DNA of 64,000 nucleotides from Candidatus Bathyarchaeum tardum (GTDB lineage Archaea; Thermoproteota; Bathyarchaeia; Bathyarchaeales; Bathyarchaeaceae). Shown piece after piece: positions 9,905 through 20,173 of this stretch. The stretch lies in assembly GCA_024650005.2 (NCBI GenBank), contig CP122380.1, positions 1,568,001 through 1,632,000 of the forward strand, given 5' to 3'. Made by a program: the position numbers and the translations under genes. The number at the start of each line of letters is the position of its first letter. The stretch's first letter is position 1. The notes under the pieces were generated by a model. It saw only the letters and a program-made list of their open reading frames with translations, made no database searches and was not told the origin of the DNA.

Positions 9905-10315
9905 TTACCAGGTACGCAAAACAATCATAGTGTTCGTGTTAGCAATACCCTTCAAGCGACGTATTTTTTCGAGACATTCATTGACTTCAGTAATATTCAA
10001 GCCAGATATGGTAACTGCAATATCATATTCCCCAGTAATTTCATACACAGTTTCAACATTAGAAAACTGCCTCAAAGCCTGAGAAACACCAGACGTCGGC
10101 AAAGACGGATCAACAGCAAGAAGAGCTATAGCCTCTGCCCCTTCGGTGAGGCCAACTCTAACAGTAAAACCCCGTATAGCCCCCGAATCAACAAGAGCTT
10201 TTATCCGTTTACGAACTGCACCTTCAGATAAATCAACCTTTTTGCCAATGTTACTGTAAGTGGCTCGACCATCGCGTTTGAGAATTTCGATTATCTCTTT
10301 ATCTACAGTGTCCAT
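9905..10315 (-). CDS. lysM: Lrp/AsnC regulator LysM
   Basis: Lrp HTH plus RAM domain (YEITGEYD); sits between the two lysine clusters. Confidence 0.8.
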   Translation of the reverse strand: MDTVDKEIIEILKRDGRATYSNIGKKVDLSEGAVRKRIKALVDSGAIRGFTVRVGLTEGAEAIALLAVDPSLPTSGVSQALRQFSNVETVYEITGEYDIAVTISGLNITEVNECLEKIRRLKGIANTNTMIVLRTW

Positions 10316-10473
10316 TATTGTTACTCCACAACTAGTAGAGTTACGGAAAAATTTAACGATTTCTGATTGTTTGACTGCTCAAACATAACGTTTTCCGTAT
10401 AACTATTACCATTTTCCAACTGTCATAACTTCGCACCTTTTCTGACAGTTTTTCCCCAACAAACCTGTTGCTT

Positions 10474-10488
10474 CTACGGATTTCGTAG
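10474..10488. promoter_or_regulatory. Putative LysM box upstream of lysW
   Basis: CTACG-GATTT-CGTAG palindrome; centre ~58 bp upstream of TTATAAAT (10536-10543). Confidence 0.6.
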
Positions 10489-10591
10489 TATAAGTTGGGA
10501 AAAGTGCAAAACCACCGAGAATTAATCCGAAATTCTTATAAATAGCAACATTTTCTATAATGGCTCACTTTAAAGCAGAGAGGTGTAAGTT

Positions 10592-10768
10592 GTGAAAAAA
10601 GCCAACTGTCCCGATTGCGACGCAGAAATTGAAGTTCAAGATGATGTCATGAAAGGAGAGATTCTAAGCTGCCCAAGCTGCGGTCTTGAATTAGAAGTTA
10701 TTAAGAATGAAGAAGACTGTGTCGAACTAAAAGAACTAGGAATTGAAGGGGAAGATTGGGGCGAGTAA
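10592..10768 (+). CDS. lysW: Amino-group carrier protein LysW, 58 aa (not in ORF track)
   Basis: Hand translation MKKANCPDCDAEIEVQDDVMKGEILSCPSCGLELEVIKNEEDCVELKELGIEGEDWGE: two CxxC and C-terminal EDWGE; GAGGTG SD before GTG. Confidence 0.97.
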   Translation: MKKANCPDCDAEIEVQDDVMKGEILSCPSCGLELEVIKNEEDCVELKELGIEGEDWGE

Positions 10769-10871
10769 GCTCCCCTCAACATTTTCTTTATATTTATACG
10801 AAACAATCAAGTACCCCCAAGAAAAATCAATAAATTATAATAAAACGTTTGAAACGAGATGACTGACAGAA

Positions 10872-12053
10872 ATGAGTATTGGTATTTTATTTGAAAGTTC
10901 TGAAACTGACGAAAAAGGCATACAATTAACCGCTGAAGAAATGGGAATCGACTTAACATACATTCCTTTCCGCAAAGTTGCTGTTCGTTTTAATGGAAAC
11001 GGCTACACATTAAAAACCAAAGGAAAAGATTTCACAAACACACTCAAAGACATCAAAGTAGTATTAAACCGAGCACAAAGCAAAAATCGAAGACTGTTCG
11101 CAGCCAATGTTCTAGAAGCTTTCGACAAGCATGTGATAAATCCACAATGCGTAGAATATGCTTGTTTTAGCAAAGTAAGAACCTTGCTCCATTTCTGGAA
11201 AGCAGGAATTAAAATCCCCGACACAGTATATGTGCCGGTTGACTCTACAGAAAAAACGTTAGATGGACGAATAATCCATAACGAAAGAGACATTGCAGAT
11301 TTGCTTCAGCAAGAACTAAACACGGATATTGTAGTCAAACCCGACGCTGGAACTCATGGAAAAAGTGTAAAACTTGCTAAAGAACGTGGACAACTAGAGA
11401 ACATTATCAGAGAGGTTGAACCTTCGATAATTAATCCGATAGGTATTTTAGCTCAGAATCTTGTTGAAAAATGGTTCTACGATCTAAGAATAATCGTAAC
11501 CAAAGAAGCAGGAAAAGAACCATACTGCTACCCCACTGCTTTAGCCCGAGCAGGATTCAAAGACTTTAGAACAAACACTTTCTTGGGCAATACAGTTATT
11601 GGAGTAAACTTGCCACAGCACATCCAAGAAGAATCAGCTAAATGTGGCACAGCCATGGGTGGCGATAGCAAATCATACTTGTTAGCGGTTGACGCCATGG
11701 TTGAAGTCGGCGAAAACAAAAACGTTGACGATGATTATTTAAAAGAAGAGTTTGAAAAACTGGAAGCTCCTTTTAATGCTGTTAAAAAAGTGAAATTAGA
11801 TAGCAAAAAACGCACAGACTTTCTAGCATGGAATAAAAGGCTGGAAAGTGCTTTTGACAACTTCAAAAATCAAGATGCTTATTTTAACATTAAAAAAGTC
11901 ATTGAAAATAGCATGGAAAAAAACAAAGAAAAAATCATGTTCCATGAAACTAACGCATGCCCCGAATTTTGGGAACAAACCCGATTAGTTGGCGGCATAA
12001 ATTTGGCAGAGGCACTGTTAAAAGGTGCCAAAAGTATAATCGATTCAGAGTAA
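10872..12053 (+). CDS. lysX: LysX/ArgX-type ATP-grasp LysW ligase, unusually long
   Basis: VLNR, SKVRT, VVKPDAGTHGK, YDLRI, FRTN, D...ETNACPEF; between lysW and lysY. Confidence 0.8.
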   Translation: MSIGILFESSETDEKGIQLTAEEMGIDLTYIPFRKVAVRFNGNGYTLKTKGKDFTNTLKDIKVVLNRAQSKNRRLFAANVLEAFDKHVINPQCVEYACFSKVRTLLHFWKAGIKIPDTVYVPVDSTEKTLDGRIIHNERDIADLLQQELNTDIVVKPDAGTHGKSVKLAKERGQLENIIREVEPSIINPIGILAQNLVEKWFYDLRIIVTKEAGKEPYCYPTALARAGFKDFRTNTFLGNTVIGVNLPQHIQEESAKCGTAMGGDSKSYLLAVDAMVEVGENKNVDDDYLKEEFEKLEAPFNAVKKVKLDSKKRTDFLAWNKRLESAFDNFKNQDAYFNIKKVIENSMEKNKEKIMFHETNACPEFWEQTRLVGGINLAEALLKGAKSIIDSE

Positions 12054-12065
12054 GGAGAAAAACAA

Positions 12066-13118
12066 ATGAAAGTAGGAGTAATAGGCGGTTCAGGATACGT
12101 AGGTGGAGAACTTATACGATTATTACTTCCCCACCCTGAAGTTGAATTAACTACAGTAACATCCCGTGCAAACGCCGGAGAATTCATTTTTACGGTTCAC
12201 CCAAACCTTAGAGCGGCCACACAACTAAAATTCACTCCTCCGAACATGTCACAGATCGCAGACAACTGTGACTTAGTTTTCGCTGCAATGCCCCACGGCA
12301 AATCTTTGGAACTTGTTCCACAACTGCTGGAAACAGGAGTAAAAGTAATCGACATGAGCGCTGATTACCGCCTTAACAACCCAGCAGATTATGATAAATG
12401 GTACAAATGGAAACACACTCACCCAGAACTGTTAGAAGAAGCAGTTTATGGAATCCCTGAACTTCACCGCGAAGAAATCAAAAGTGCCAAACTTATTGGC
12501 TGTCCTGGATGCATGTCCACAGCAACAATTCTGGGATTGGCACCTTTAGTAAAAGCAGGCGTAATAGAAAAAAACCGAATAGTTGCTGACGTGAAAATTG
12601 GCTCTTCAGGTGCAGGACAAAAACCCACTGTTGCTTCACATCACCCTGAAAGAGCAGGGGGCGTTAGACCATACAAAGTATCCGACCACAGGCACGTAGC
12701 CGAGGTTGAACAGGAACTAAACCTGTTAACTGACGAAAAAGTAACAGTCTGTTTCACACCACATGCAGTAAACATGATACGGGGCATTCTGTCGACAATT
12801 CATACCTTTGTTAAAGAACCAATAACAGATAAAGACGCTTGGAAACTTTACCGTGGCATGTATCAAAACGAGCGTTTCATTCGGTTCATAAAATTCAAGA
12901 AAGGCCCATATCAACTTCCAAACCCAAAAATCACAATGGGATCAAACTATGTTGACATAGGCTTTGAAGTAGACCCCCGAACAAGAAGGATGATTGTATT
13001 CTCTGCAATCGATAACTTGATGAGGGGCGCATCTGGTCAAGGCGTTCAGTGCATGAATATCATGATTGGTTGTGAAGAAACAACCGGTCTGGAATGTCAA
13101 GGTTATCATCCGATGTGA
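12066..13118 (+). CDS. lysY: LysW-aminoadipyl/glutamyl-phosphate reductase (ArgC family)
   Basis: GGSGYVG, PGC, GSSGAG, IDNLMRGASGQ. Confidence 0.92.
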   Translation: MKVGVIGGSGYVGGELIRLLLPHPEVELTTVTSRANAGEFIFTVHPNLRAATQLKFTPPNMSQIADNCDLVFAAMPHGKSLELVPQLLETGVKVIDMSADYRLNNPADYDKWYKWKHTHPELLEEAVYGIPELHREEIKSAKLIGCPGCMSTATILGLAPLVKAGVIEKNRIVADVKIGSSGAGQKPTVASHHPERAGGVRPYKVSDHRHVAEVEQELNLLTDEKVTVCFTPHAVNMIRGILSTIHTFVKEPITDKDAWKLYRGMYQNERFIRFIKFKKGPYQLPNPKITMGSNYVDIGFEVDPRTRRMIVFSAIDNLMRGASGQGVQCMNIMIGCEETTGLECQGYHPM

Positions 13119-13126
13119 TAAAAAAA

Positions 13127-13933
13127 ATGTTGGTTGTAGTAAAAGTTGGCGGAAGCATCCTCGAAAAGGTGCCTCCGGAAATTGTATCAGACATCAAAAA
13201 CGTTCTTTCTGAACACCAACTAGTTCTAGTTCATGGTGGAGGAAAAGGCGTTACAGAAATTGCTTCAAAATTAGGCAAAGAACAAAAGTTTGTGTATTCT
13301 CCTAAAGGTTTTCGCAGCAGATACACAGACAAAGAAACCATGGAAATATTCACAATGGTTATGGCAGGCAAACTAAACAAAAAACTAGTTTCAGCTCTAC
13401 AAAAACAAGAGATACCAGTTGTGGGTCTATCCGGATTAGACGGTTATCTTCTACGTGCAGAACGAAAAAAACGGTTAATCATACTTAACGAAAAAGGACG
13501 AAAACAAGTCATTGACGGCGGATACACAGGAAAAGTAAACCAAGTTAACAGTTCCTTACTGAAGCTGTTACTAGATAACGGTTATGTTCCATTAGTTTCA
13601 CCCGTTGCCGTAAGCGAAGAATTTGAACCCCTAAACGTAGACGCGGACCGAACCGCAGCCAACATCGCAGGAGCAATAAATGCAGATAAACTAGTTCTGT
13701 TAACCGATGTTGAAGGCTTAATGCTAAACGACAAACTAGTTTCAAAACTACACGCAGATGACGTTCAAAGCAAACTCAAACAGATTGGAGGCGGCATGAT
13801 AACAAAAGTTTTTGCAGCTCAAGAAGCCCTCAAAAACGGCGTAAAAGAAGTTGTTATTTGCTCAGGCGTTAAAAATGCTCCAATTTCTTCTGGCCTTAAA
13901 CACGAAAGCGGCACGGTGATAAGCAATGAATGA
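13127..13933 (+). CDS. lysZ: LysW-aminoadipate/glutamate kinase (ArgB family)
   Basis: VVKVGGS, VHGGG, SRYTD, LNVDAD, GGMITKV. Confidence 0.92.
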   Translation: MLVVVKVGGSILEKVPPEIVSDIKNVLSEHQLVLVHGGGKGVTEIASKLGKEQKFVYSPKGFRSRYTDKETMEIFTMVMAGKLNKKLVSALQKQEIPVVGLSGLDGYLLRAERKKRLIILNEKGRKQVIDGGYTGKVNQVNSSLLKLLLDNGYVPLVSPVAVSEEFEPLNVDADRTAANIAGAINADKLVLLTDVEGLMLNDKLVSKLHADDVQSKLKQIGGGMITKVFAAQEALKNGVKEVVICSGVKNAPISSGLKHESGTVISNE

Positions 13934-15110
13934 AAAAGAAATAATGGACATCGAAACAAAGGTTATGGCACAAACTTTTGCTAAACGAGACCTCACAATC
14001 ACAAGGGGCAAAGGAGCCCTAGTTTGGGACATTAATGGCAACGAATACGTCGACTGCACCGGAAGTTACGGTGTTGCAGTTGTTGGTCATTGTCACCCCA
14101 AAGTTGTCGCAGCAGTGCAAAAACAAGTGGAAACTTTGATTGCTTGTCATGCTTCATTTTATAATGATGCACGATCTGAACTTTTACAAAAACTCATCAG
14201 TATAGCACCAAAAGGCCTAGACAGAGTCTTTCTTTCAAACAGCGGTGCAGAATCAGTTGAATGTGCACTTAAACTTGCCCGAAAAAAGTCAGGTAAAACA
14301 GAAATAATTTCAATGATGGGCGCATTCCACGGTAAAACTATGGGTGCACTTTCTGCAACATGGAAAAAGAAGTACCGTGCACCATTTATGCCCCTTGTTC
14401 CAGGATTCAAACACGTTCCAGCCAACAATTTAGAAAAAATAAAAGAAGCCATCACAGACAAAACAGCTGCTATTATAGTTGAACCCGTCAGAGGAGAAGG
14501 GGGAATTTTGATGAACTCGGATGATTTTTTGCCTGGACTGCGAGAAATTTGTGACGACAAAAATGTCTTGTTAATCTTTGATGAAGTTCAAACAGGTTTT
14601 GGGCGCACGGGAAAAGTTTTCGCCTGTGAACATTGGAACGTAGTTCCAGACATCATGTGCCTAGCTAAATCTGTTGCAGGTGGTTTGCCGATGGCGGCAA
14701 CTTTTGCAAAAGAAGAAGTAATGGCAGCATTCAACAAGGGAGAACACTCTAGCACATTTAGTGGCAATCCGTTGGTCTGTTCCGCGGCATCTGCAGCGAT
14801 AGATGTACTAAAAGAGGAAAAACTTCCTGAACGAGCAGCTACACTTGGAAGTTACTTCAAAGGCAAACTCGAAGAATTAGCAGAAAAACACAATATAGTC
14901 AGGGAAGTTCGTGGATTAGGCTTGATGATCGGAATGGAAATGCGTTTTGACGTCTACAACATAATTATGGACTGTATGAACAATGGTGTTCTGGTTTTAG
15001 ATGCGGGAAGAAACGTAGTAAGGTTCTTGCCACCGCTGGTTATAGAAAAAGACCAAATCAACACAGTAGTTAATGCATTGGATTGCGCAATGGAGAAAGA
15101 AAACAAATGA
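13926..15110 (+). CDS. lysJ: LysW-semialdehyde transaminase (ArgD family)
   Basis: NSGAESVE, FHGKT, DEVQTGFGRTG, LAKSVAGG. Confidence 0.92.
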   Translation: MNEKEIMDIETKVMAQTFAKRDLTITRGKGALVWDINGNEYVDCTGSYGVAVVGHCHPKVVAAVQKQVETLIACHASFYNDARSELLQKLISIAPKGLDRVFLSNSGAESVECALKLARKKSGKTEIISMMGAFHGKTMGALSATWKKKYRAPFMPLVPGFKHVPANNLEKIKEAITDKTAAIIVEPVRGEGGILMNSDDFLPGLREICDDKNVLLIFDEVQTGFGRTGKVFACEHWNVVPDIMCLAKSVAGGLPMAATFAKEEVMAAFNKGEHSSTFSGNPLVCSAASAAIDVLKEEKLPERAATLGSYFKGKLEELAEKHNIVREVRGLGLMIGMEMRFDVYNIIMDCMNNGVLVLDAGRNVVRFLPPLVIEKDQINTVVNALDCAMEKENK

Positions 15111-16261
15111 GCAACGACTACCCAGTTGACCTTCTAACTCGAATGATAAAGATTTACAGTCCTTCAGAACATGAAGAAAAGATTTCTTTGTTTTTGGCGG
15201 ATGAACTTAAAAAATTAGGTTTCAAAGTTCACAGAGATAAAGTAGGCAACGTAATTGGAGAAATCGGTGAAGGCTCCCCAATAGTTTTGTTGTGTGGACA
15301 CATGGATACTGTTGAAGGAGAGATTCCTGTACGCATCGAGGATGGAAACCTGTACGGCAGAGGTTCAGTTGATGCCAAAGGACCGTTGGCAGCGATGATT
15401 GTTGCTGCATCTAATTTTGTTAACGGCGGTTTTGATGGAAAAATTATGGTTGTAGGCGTAGTCGATGAAGAAAAAGGGGGAACAGGCATACAACACTTCG
15501 TCAAAGAGGGAATCCAACCAGACTATGCGATTTTTGGTGAACCAAGCGGCTTAGAAAAAGTAGTCTTCGGATACAAAGGAATTTTAACAGTAAAAATTGT
15601 GGTAGAAACTCCTTCGGGTCATTCTGCAGCTCCTTGGCTGTTTGATAACGCTATTGAAAAAGCTATGGAGTTTTGGAAACAAATTAACAGGCTTCATTTA
15701 CGAGAAGAGAAACTGAAAAGCAGATTCTACTCAATTACTTCATGTTTAACAGGAATCAAAGGCGGAAACAGTTCTGGCTCGTTCATTCCGTCACAATGTG
15801 AAATTCTGATTCAAATGAGGATTCCACCTCAGCTTACTCCTGATCAGGTGTTTGAAGAAGTAAAACGAAAAATTGACCGTTACAAATCAACTAACCCAAA
15901 AGTTACAGTTAGTGTAGAACCGGTTGATGTTGCAAAAGCCTTTGAAGCAGATCGAAGGTCAATAATTGTTCGGGCTTTAGCATGGGGGATACGAAAAACA
16001 ACATTAAATTATGCCTCTTTTTCCCGAAAAACAGGAACAGGGGACATGAACGTTTTGGGTAATGAACTTAAAATTCCTGTCGTCACATATGGACCCGGAG
16101 ATTCAAGACTCGACCATACACCTAATGAACACATCAACATTCAAGAATATCTTGACAGCATTGAAGTGCTCAAAAAAACATTAGCAAAATTGCCCGAATT
16201 GGAAAAGAAACGCAAAACAATAAAACAGAAAACAGGATACGAAACTAAAAGTACAGCTTAG
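15107..16261 (+). CDS. lysK: LysW-lysine/ornithine hydrolase (M20/ArgE family)
   Basis: GHMDTV, GRGSVDAKG, DEE, GEPS, YGPGDS.LDH; ATGA overlap with lysJ. Confidence 0.92.
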   Translation: MSNDYPVDLLTRMIKIYSPSEHEEKISLFLADELKKLGFKVHRDKVGNVIGEIGEGSPIVLLCGHMDTVEGEIPVRIEDGNLYGRGSVDAKGPLAAMIVAASNFVNGGFDGKIMVVGVVDEEKGGTGIQHFVKEGIQPDYAIFGEPSGLEKVVFGYKGILTVKIVVETPSGHSAAPWLFDNAIEKAMEFWKQINRLHLREEKLKSRFYSITSCLTGIKGGNSSGSFIPSQCEILIQMRIPPQLTPDQVFEEVKRKIDRYKSTNPKVTVSVEPVDVAKAFEADRRSIIVRALAWGIRKTTLNYASFSRKTGTGDMNVLGNELKIPVVTYGPGDSRLDHTPNEHINIQEYLDSIEVLKKTLAKLPELEKKRKTIKQKTGYETKSTA

Positions 16262-16683
16262 CATCTGCAGGTTGGGAGTTTTACGAGGTGCACAGTTACT
16301 GCTGTTGCAACAATAAACAAAATTATTTGAACTACCAATATCGGAACAAAAACAACTGCAGATAAAGTGATAGTTATCCAAAGAACAGTTATTGCAAACA
16401 ATTTGGTTTTCAAGGGAATCCCTTTTCCGTCTTTGTAGTTTCGGATATATTTCCCAAAGTACTTGTTGTTTAGCATCCATTGGCTCATCCGTTCTGAACT
16501 TCGAAGATAACAAGCCAAAGAAAGCAACAAGAAAGGCGTAGTCGGCAAAATTGGAAGAACTATTCCAATAGCACCTATTACAAGAGTGATTGTGCCAGCT
16601 ACAAAAAACAAAGAACGAACAATCCTGTTTTTGTTTTTTTCCTTGGAGCATTCGAACGTTTGGTTCATAGAAATAAAAGGCAA
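16258..16683 (-). CDS. YbaN/DUF454 membrane protein
   Basis: IGIVLPILPTTPFLLL...RSS signature. Confidence 0.88.
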   Translation of the reverse strand: MPFISMNQTFECSKEKNKNRIVRSLFFVAGTITLVIGAIGIVLPILPTTPFLLLSLACYLRSSERMSQWMLNNKYFGKYIRNYKDGKGIPLKTKLFAITVLWITITLSAVVFVPILVVQIILFIVATAVTVHLVKLPTCRC

Positions 16684-16757
16684 GGATTCTATATTAAAGC
16701 TTTACTAATAACAAGAAATAATCCAAAAAAAATCACTAATTTCGCAAAAATATGCGT

Positions 16758-17210
16758 TTACAAATAAAATGCAGGATCAATTTTTATCAAACGTGTAGAC
16801 GCAGAAAGGGACAACTCTTTAACTCCGGGTATACGCTCCATTTTTTGCCGAACCTCATTTAGGTGTTCTAAACTACGTGCTTTAACAACAGTTACTACAT
16901 CATAGTCACCAGTGCTCTGTAACACATGACGAGTTTCGGACATGTTACTTATTTTTTCAGCAGCTTCTTCAAACTGGTCAGGAGCAATTTTAACCATCAA
17001 AATACCCGTTGTAGGAAAACCAATTTTCCTCGGATCAAGCAAAACAGTAAACTTGCTGATAACCCCGGCATCAACCAACTTTTTAACCCGATACCTAATT
17101 GTAGCTTCACTGATTCCTAAGTCGTTGGCTATCTCAGTGAAAGAAAGCCGAGAATTTTCTTGAAGCAAATTTAAGATTTGTTTATCTTTTTCATCCAACT
17201 TGAACGCCAA
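16758..17210 (-). CDS. Lrp/AsnC regulator divergent from pheA
   Basis: LDEKDKQILNLLQENSR HTH, TGDYD RAM domain; start approximate. Confidence 0.9.
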   Translation of the reverse strand: MAFKLDEKDKQILNLLQENSRLSFTEIANDLGISEATIRYRVKKLVDAGVISKFTVLLDPRKIGFPTTGILMVKIAPDQFEEAAEKISNMSETRHVLQSTGDYDVVTVVKARSLEHLNEVRQKMERIPGVKELSLSASTRLIKIDPAFYL

Positions 17211-17331
17211 CGGTACCACATATAAAAATAACAGCAAAAAAGAATTTATTACTACCGCTTAAAAACTCCAAACAAGGTAAACCATTTTATTCGGGCAGCA
17301 TAGACAAATACTTGTTAAGAGGCAAACACCA

Positions 17332-18162
17332 TTGAAAATTGCTTTTCAGGGAGAGTTGGGCGCATACAGCGAAATGGCAGTATACAGCTATTTTGGTCAA
17401 GAAGTAGAAGTTAAACCCTGCAAAAGCTTTGATGAAGTTTTTGAAAGAGTTAAAACAGGAAATGCGGATTATGGAGTTGTTCCAATCGAAAACTCTATTG
17501 AAGGAAGCGTCAACCGAACATATGACCTGTTTTTGGAGTATGACCTCAAAGTAAGGGGAGAAATAATCATCAGGATAAGCCATTGCCTTATTGCACATAA
17601 AGGAACCGACATAAACCAAATCAAAGCAGTTTACAGTCATCCTCAAGCGTTAGCTCAATGCAGAAAATTCTTAGAAGAAAACAATTTAAAAGCAATCTCA
17701 AATTTTGACACCGCTGGGAGCGTAAAAATGATAAAAGAAGAAAACATGATAGATTCTGCAGCAATCGCCAGTGAACGTGCAGCCCAGATTTATGATATGG
17801 CCATACTTGCAAGAGAAATAGAAGATGTGAAAAACAACTCGACTAGGTTTTTCGTTTTAGACAAACAAGACGCCCCATTCACTGCAGAAGATAAAACCTC
17901 GATAATTTTTGCAGCCAAATCAATTCCAGGAGCATTACATAAAGTCTTGAAAGAATTTGCTGATAGAAACATAAACCTCACAAAAATCGAGTCCAGACCA
18001 ACAAAACAAACTCCATGGGAATACCATTTTTATCTAGATTTTGAAGGCCACAGAACTGAACAAAAATGTCAACAAGCCTTAGAAAGCATTAAAGACAAAA
18101 CAATATTCATAAAAATTCTTGGCTCTTACAAAGCAGCTAAAAAAAGCAATTGTAAACTCTAG
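17332..18162 (+). CDS. pheA: Prephenate dehydratase with ACT domain
   Basis: FQGELGAYS, PIENSIEG, SHPQALAQC, TRF, IESRP. Confidence 0.95.
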   Translation: MKIAFQGELGAYSEMAVYSYFGQEVEVKPCKSFDEVFERVKTGNADYGVVPIENSIEGSVNRTYDLFLEYDLKVRGEIIIRISHCLIAHKGTDINQIKAVYSHPQALAQCRKFLEENNLKAISNFDTAGSVKMIKEENMIDSAAIASERAAQIYDMAILAREIEDVKNNSTRFFVLDKQDAPFTAEDKTSIIFAAKSIPGALHKVLKEFADRNINLTKIESRPTKQTPWEYHFYLDFEGHRTEQKCQQALESIKDKTIFIKILGSYKAAKKSNCKL

Positions 18163-19028
18163 GAATCATCCAAAATCCGATACATAGCCCGATAAGCTCG
18201 GTCATAATCAGGGTCTAATTCCTTCAATCTTTTATTTACTTGCTCCATCTTGTTGCTAAAACCAGAACAATTTTTGTTTTTAACCAGTTTAAGCCACTCT
18301 TCAACTTTATTCAAGAACAAAGTTTCAAGTTGTTCCATTTCAGGCAAACTCATGTGAAGGTTTGAATAAAAATAAGGTTCTTCAGAAGACACAGATTCCG
18401 CTAAAGTTAACAACAACTTGTAGGTGGCGCCACCTACAGTTTTTGCACCAACAAAATTAGGATTCTCCACCAGTGCATCAGCTGCTACTAGCCCCACAAA
18501 ATGGGGGAAACCCAAAACTAAAGACATCAATTCATCGTGCGCTCTAGGTGCCAATACAGAAACTTCTGCTCCACGTTTCTGCAGCCAGTCTTTGAATTCC
18601 TCTGAGAACCGTTTTTCTTTTTCAGTCACAGGGGTAAGAACAAAGTTTTGTCCTTGAAGACTTTTTGCACCTGGACCAAAAACGGGATGTGTACCTAGGG
18701 TAACACCACGTTTTACATATTTTTGCAAGAGATTCACTGGAATCTCTTTGATGGAACTAATATCCATGACAACTTGACCAGCTTTGACGTGAGAGCCAAT
18801 CTCTTGTAGAACAGCATCTAAACTGGTCAAGGAAACACAAACAAGAATCCAGTCAGCACCATCAACTGCTTCAGCATTAGTAGGCACCACTTGTACTCCA
18901 AACTCGTCTTTTAATGCGTCTGCTTTGCTTTGGGTTCTGCTAGAAACAACTACAGAAAACCCTTCATTTTTGAATAAATTTACGAACCATCGACCCATCT
19001 TTCCGGCGCCAATTACTGCAACCTTCAC
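18159..19028 (-). CDS. tyrA: Prephenate dehydrogenase
   Basis: GAGKMG, DISSIK, HPVFGP, HDELM. Confidence 0.92.
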   Translation of the reverse strand: MKVAVIGAGKMGRWFVNLFKNEGFSVVVSSRTQSKADALKDEFGVQVVPTNAEAVDGADWILVCVSLTSLDAVLQEIGSHVKAGQVVMDISSIKEIPVNLLQKYVKRGVTLGTHPVFGPGAKSLQGQNFVLTPVTEKEKRFSEEFKDWLQKRGAEVSVLAPRAHDELMSLVLGFPHFVGLVAADALVENPNFVGAKTVGGATYKLLLTLAESVSSEEPYFYSNLHMSLPEMEQLETLFLNKVEEWLKLVKNKNCSGFSNKMEQVNKRLKELDPDYDRAYRAMYRILDDS

Positions 19029-20098
19029 GGTAGAGCCTCGCAGAGTTTTTCTAAGCCCTCTTTTATCTTATCTTCCTCTGCAGTTAAAGCTATTCTGAAG
19101 AATTCTCGGTAGTCACCAAAAGCGGTTCCAGGAGCTACAGCAACGCCATGGTCTAAAAGGTCTAAAGCAAATCGTTCAGAATCTAAGCCATCAACCTTAG
19201 GAAAGAGATAAAACGGTGCATCAGGCTTAGAAAATTTCATCGGGGAATTAGAAAGAACCCTATACGCGGCATCTGCCCTCAACTTGAATTGGGTACGAAT
19301 GTCATCAGCAATTTTTTGTCGTGATTCTAACCCTTTTAGAGCGCCGTACTGAATGAAAGCTGGAACACATGTTGTGGTGATTTGGTTTAGTTTAATCATT
19401 TGTTTAACTAGATCTTTTTCAGCTACCACATAGCCGATTCTCCAACCAGTCATCAAAAACGTTTTTGAAAAACCACTAACGAGAATGTTTTCGCCTCCAA
19501 AATCAAGGATAGATTTTGCCTTAACAAAACTGATATCAGAATAGACTTCGTCGGACAGAACTTTTACTCCTTTACTTTTCGCAATTTCAACAATTTCACT
19601 GAAAGTTTTGTCATCAATAACTTTACTTGTTGGGTTATTTGGGCTGTTTAGAATTATCATCCGCGTTTTGTCATCAATTAATTCATCCAGTTTTTCAGGG
19701 TCTATTTTCCAGTCAGATTCAAGGTCTCTATTCAAGAGGCGAATCTCGGCTCCAAGCTTTTGTGCACCTAAAGCGTAACTAGTCCAGTGCGGAGAAGGAA
19801 CAACAACATTGTCTCCTGGCTTTAACGACAAAAATAACAAAGAAAATATCCCCCATTTTGAACCAGTAGTAATTACTACATTGTCTACTGAAACGTCATG
19901 GATTTTAGCCAGTTCTTCTCGAAGTACTTTTTCTCCAGCAGCAGATGAATATTTTGTTTTTCCTTGTTTCATGGCTGCATATGCTGCTTCAATGATTTCA
20001 GGGGGCGTAGGTAAATCAGGGTCGCCTAGGTTGAATTTGATAATTTTTTTTCCTTGATTTTCGAGTTGTATCGCCTTTTCGCTTATTTCATACAGCAT
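19025..20098 (-). CDS. Class I/II PLP aminotransferase (aromatic/aspartate)
   Basis: NSPNNPT, DEVY, GFSKTFLMTGWRIG; inside aro operon. Confidence 0.9.
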   Translation of the reverse strand: MLYEISEKAIQLENQGKKIIKFNLGDPDLPTPPEIIEAAYAAMKQGKTKYSSAAGEKVLREELAKIHDVSVDNVVITTGSKWGIFSLLFLSLKPGDNVVVPSPHWTSYALGAQKLGAEIRLLNRDLESDWKIDPEKLDELIDDKTRMIILNSPNNPTSKVIDDKTFSEIVEIAKSKGVKVLSDEVYSDISFVKAKSILDFGGENILVSGFSKTFLMTGWRIGYVVAEKDLVKQMIKLNQITTTCVPAFIQYGALKGLESRQKIADDIRTQFKLRADAAYRVLSNSPMKFSKPDAPFYLFPKVDGLDSERFALDLLDHGVAVAPGTAFGDYREFFRIALTAEEDKIKEGLEKLCEALP

Positions 20099-20173
20099 TT
20101 TTGGTTAACTCCAACTGACATAGAATAGACTGATTTTATCATGAACAAATTAAACGAACTGTTTTAAATCTTC

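Noticed and set aside
18159-18162. Convergent stop-codon overlaps (pheA/tyrA, also lysK/ybaN) as antisense regulation
   Set aside because: Four-base convergent overlaps are ordinary in compact archaeal genomes
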